Position numbers and translations under genes: made by a program | The notes under the pieces: generated by a model | What the model saw: the letters and a program-made list of their open reading frames with translations, nothing else | Database searches by the model: none | Told to the model about the DNA's origin: nothing | Part shown: positions 63,740 to 64,000 of the stretch, in pieces | How the letters are laid out: every line of letters starts with the position of its first letter | Numbering within the stretch: the stretch's first letter is position 1 | Assembly (NCBI RefSeq): GCF_058153355.1 | Contig: NZ_CM177019.1 | DNA: 64,000 nucleotides | Direction: 5' to 3' (one strand)

Positions 63740-64000
63740 GTATTCGTATTGAAATTGGCGAACGTTATGTCGTTACCAGTGACAGCTTCCAGTTTATTCT
63801 CCACGAGAAAAAGAGAGCGGAAAGCGGTAAAAACGCCGGTCAGGAATGGCTGGCGGTGGTTGGTTATTACCCGAAATTAAGCCAGCTCGTTTCCGGCCTG
63901 ATGCATCACGATATTCTGACCGGAAGCGCAAAGTCTTTTGCTGATTTAAACGCGCAGGTTGAGCAACTCAGCAAGCGTTGTTCAGAGGCTTTTGGCTCAT
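63736..64000 (+). CDS. P2 orf83-like protein, truncated by the window end
   Basis: ATG at 63736 overlapping the orf82 stop; frame open to position 64000. Confidence 0.5.
   Translation, partial: MSIRIEIGERYVVTSDSFQFILHEKKRAESGKNAGQEWLAVVGYYPKLSQLVSGLMHHDILTGSAKSFADLNAQVEQLSKRCSEAFGS

Larger units (their letters stand above)
60323..64000. mobile_element. Left end of a P2-like prophage (continues past the window)
   Basis: att core followed by int, C, cox, B, orf80-83 in canonical P2 order. Confidence 0.85.

Overview
This window is an Escherichia coli chromosomal segment, colinear with the K-12 bglX-osmF-yehYXW-mlrA-btsSR-yehSRQPMLK-yehI-molR-metG-apbC-yehEDCBA-rcnBAR-thiMD-yegXWVUT-fbaB-gatYZABCD-gatR-yegS-yegR region, but clearly not K-12 itself. 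All gene identities come from reading the translations and from memory of the E. coli proteins; no database search was run, and coordinates of non-ORF features are approximate (about +/-2 bp). The best candidate for an undescribed system is the core cluster yehLMPQ (MoxR-type AAA+ ATPase, large unknown protein, VWA protein, double-SWIM zinc-finger protein) together with three tandem giant DUF4132 paralogs upstream, two of which carry an N-terminal WGR domain; the functional link between them is inference only. Between yehK and yehL there is a compact small-toxin/antisense-sRNA locus that matches what I recall of zorO-orzO (type I toxin-antitoxin). Strain-specific content includes a ~2.3 kb AT-rich islet between rcnR and the thiM riboswitch, a galactitol operon hit twice (in-frame amber codon in gatC, IS4 with 13-bp target duplication in gatD), and the left end of a P2-like prophage next to yegR, with a degenerate second copy of the phage attachment arm upstream of yegR. 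No rRNA, tRNA or CRISPR array was seen.
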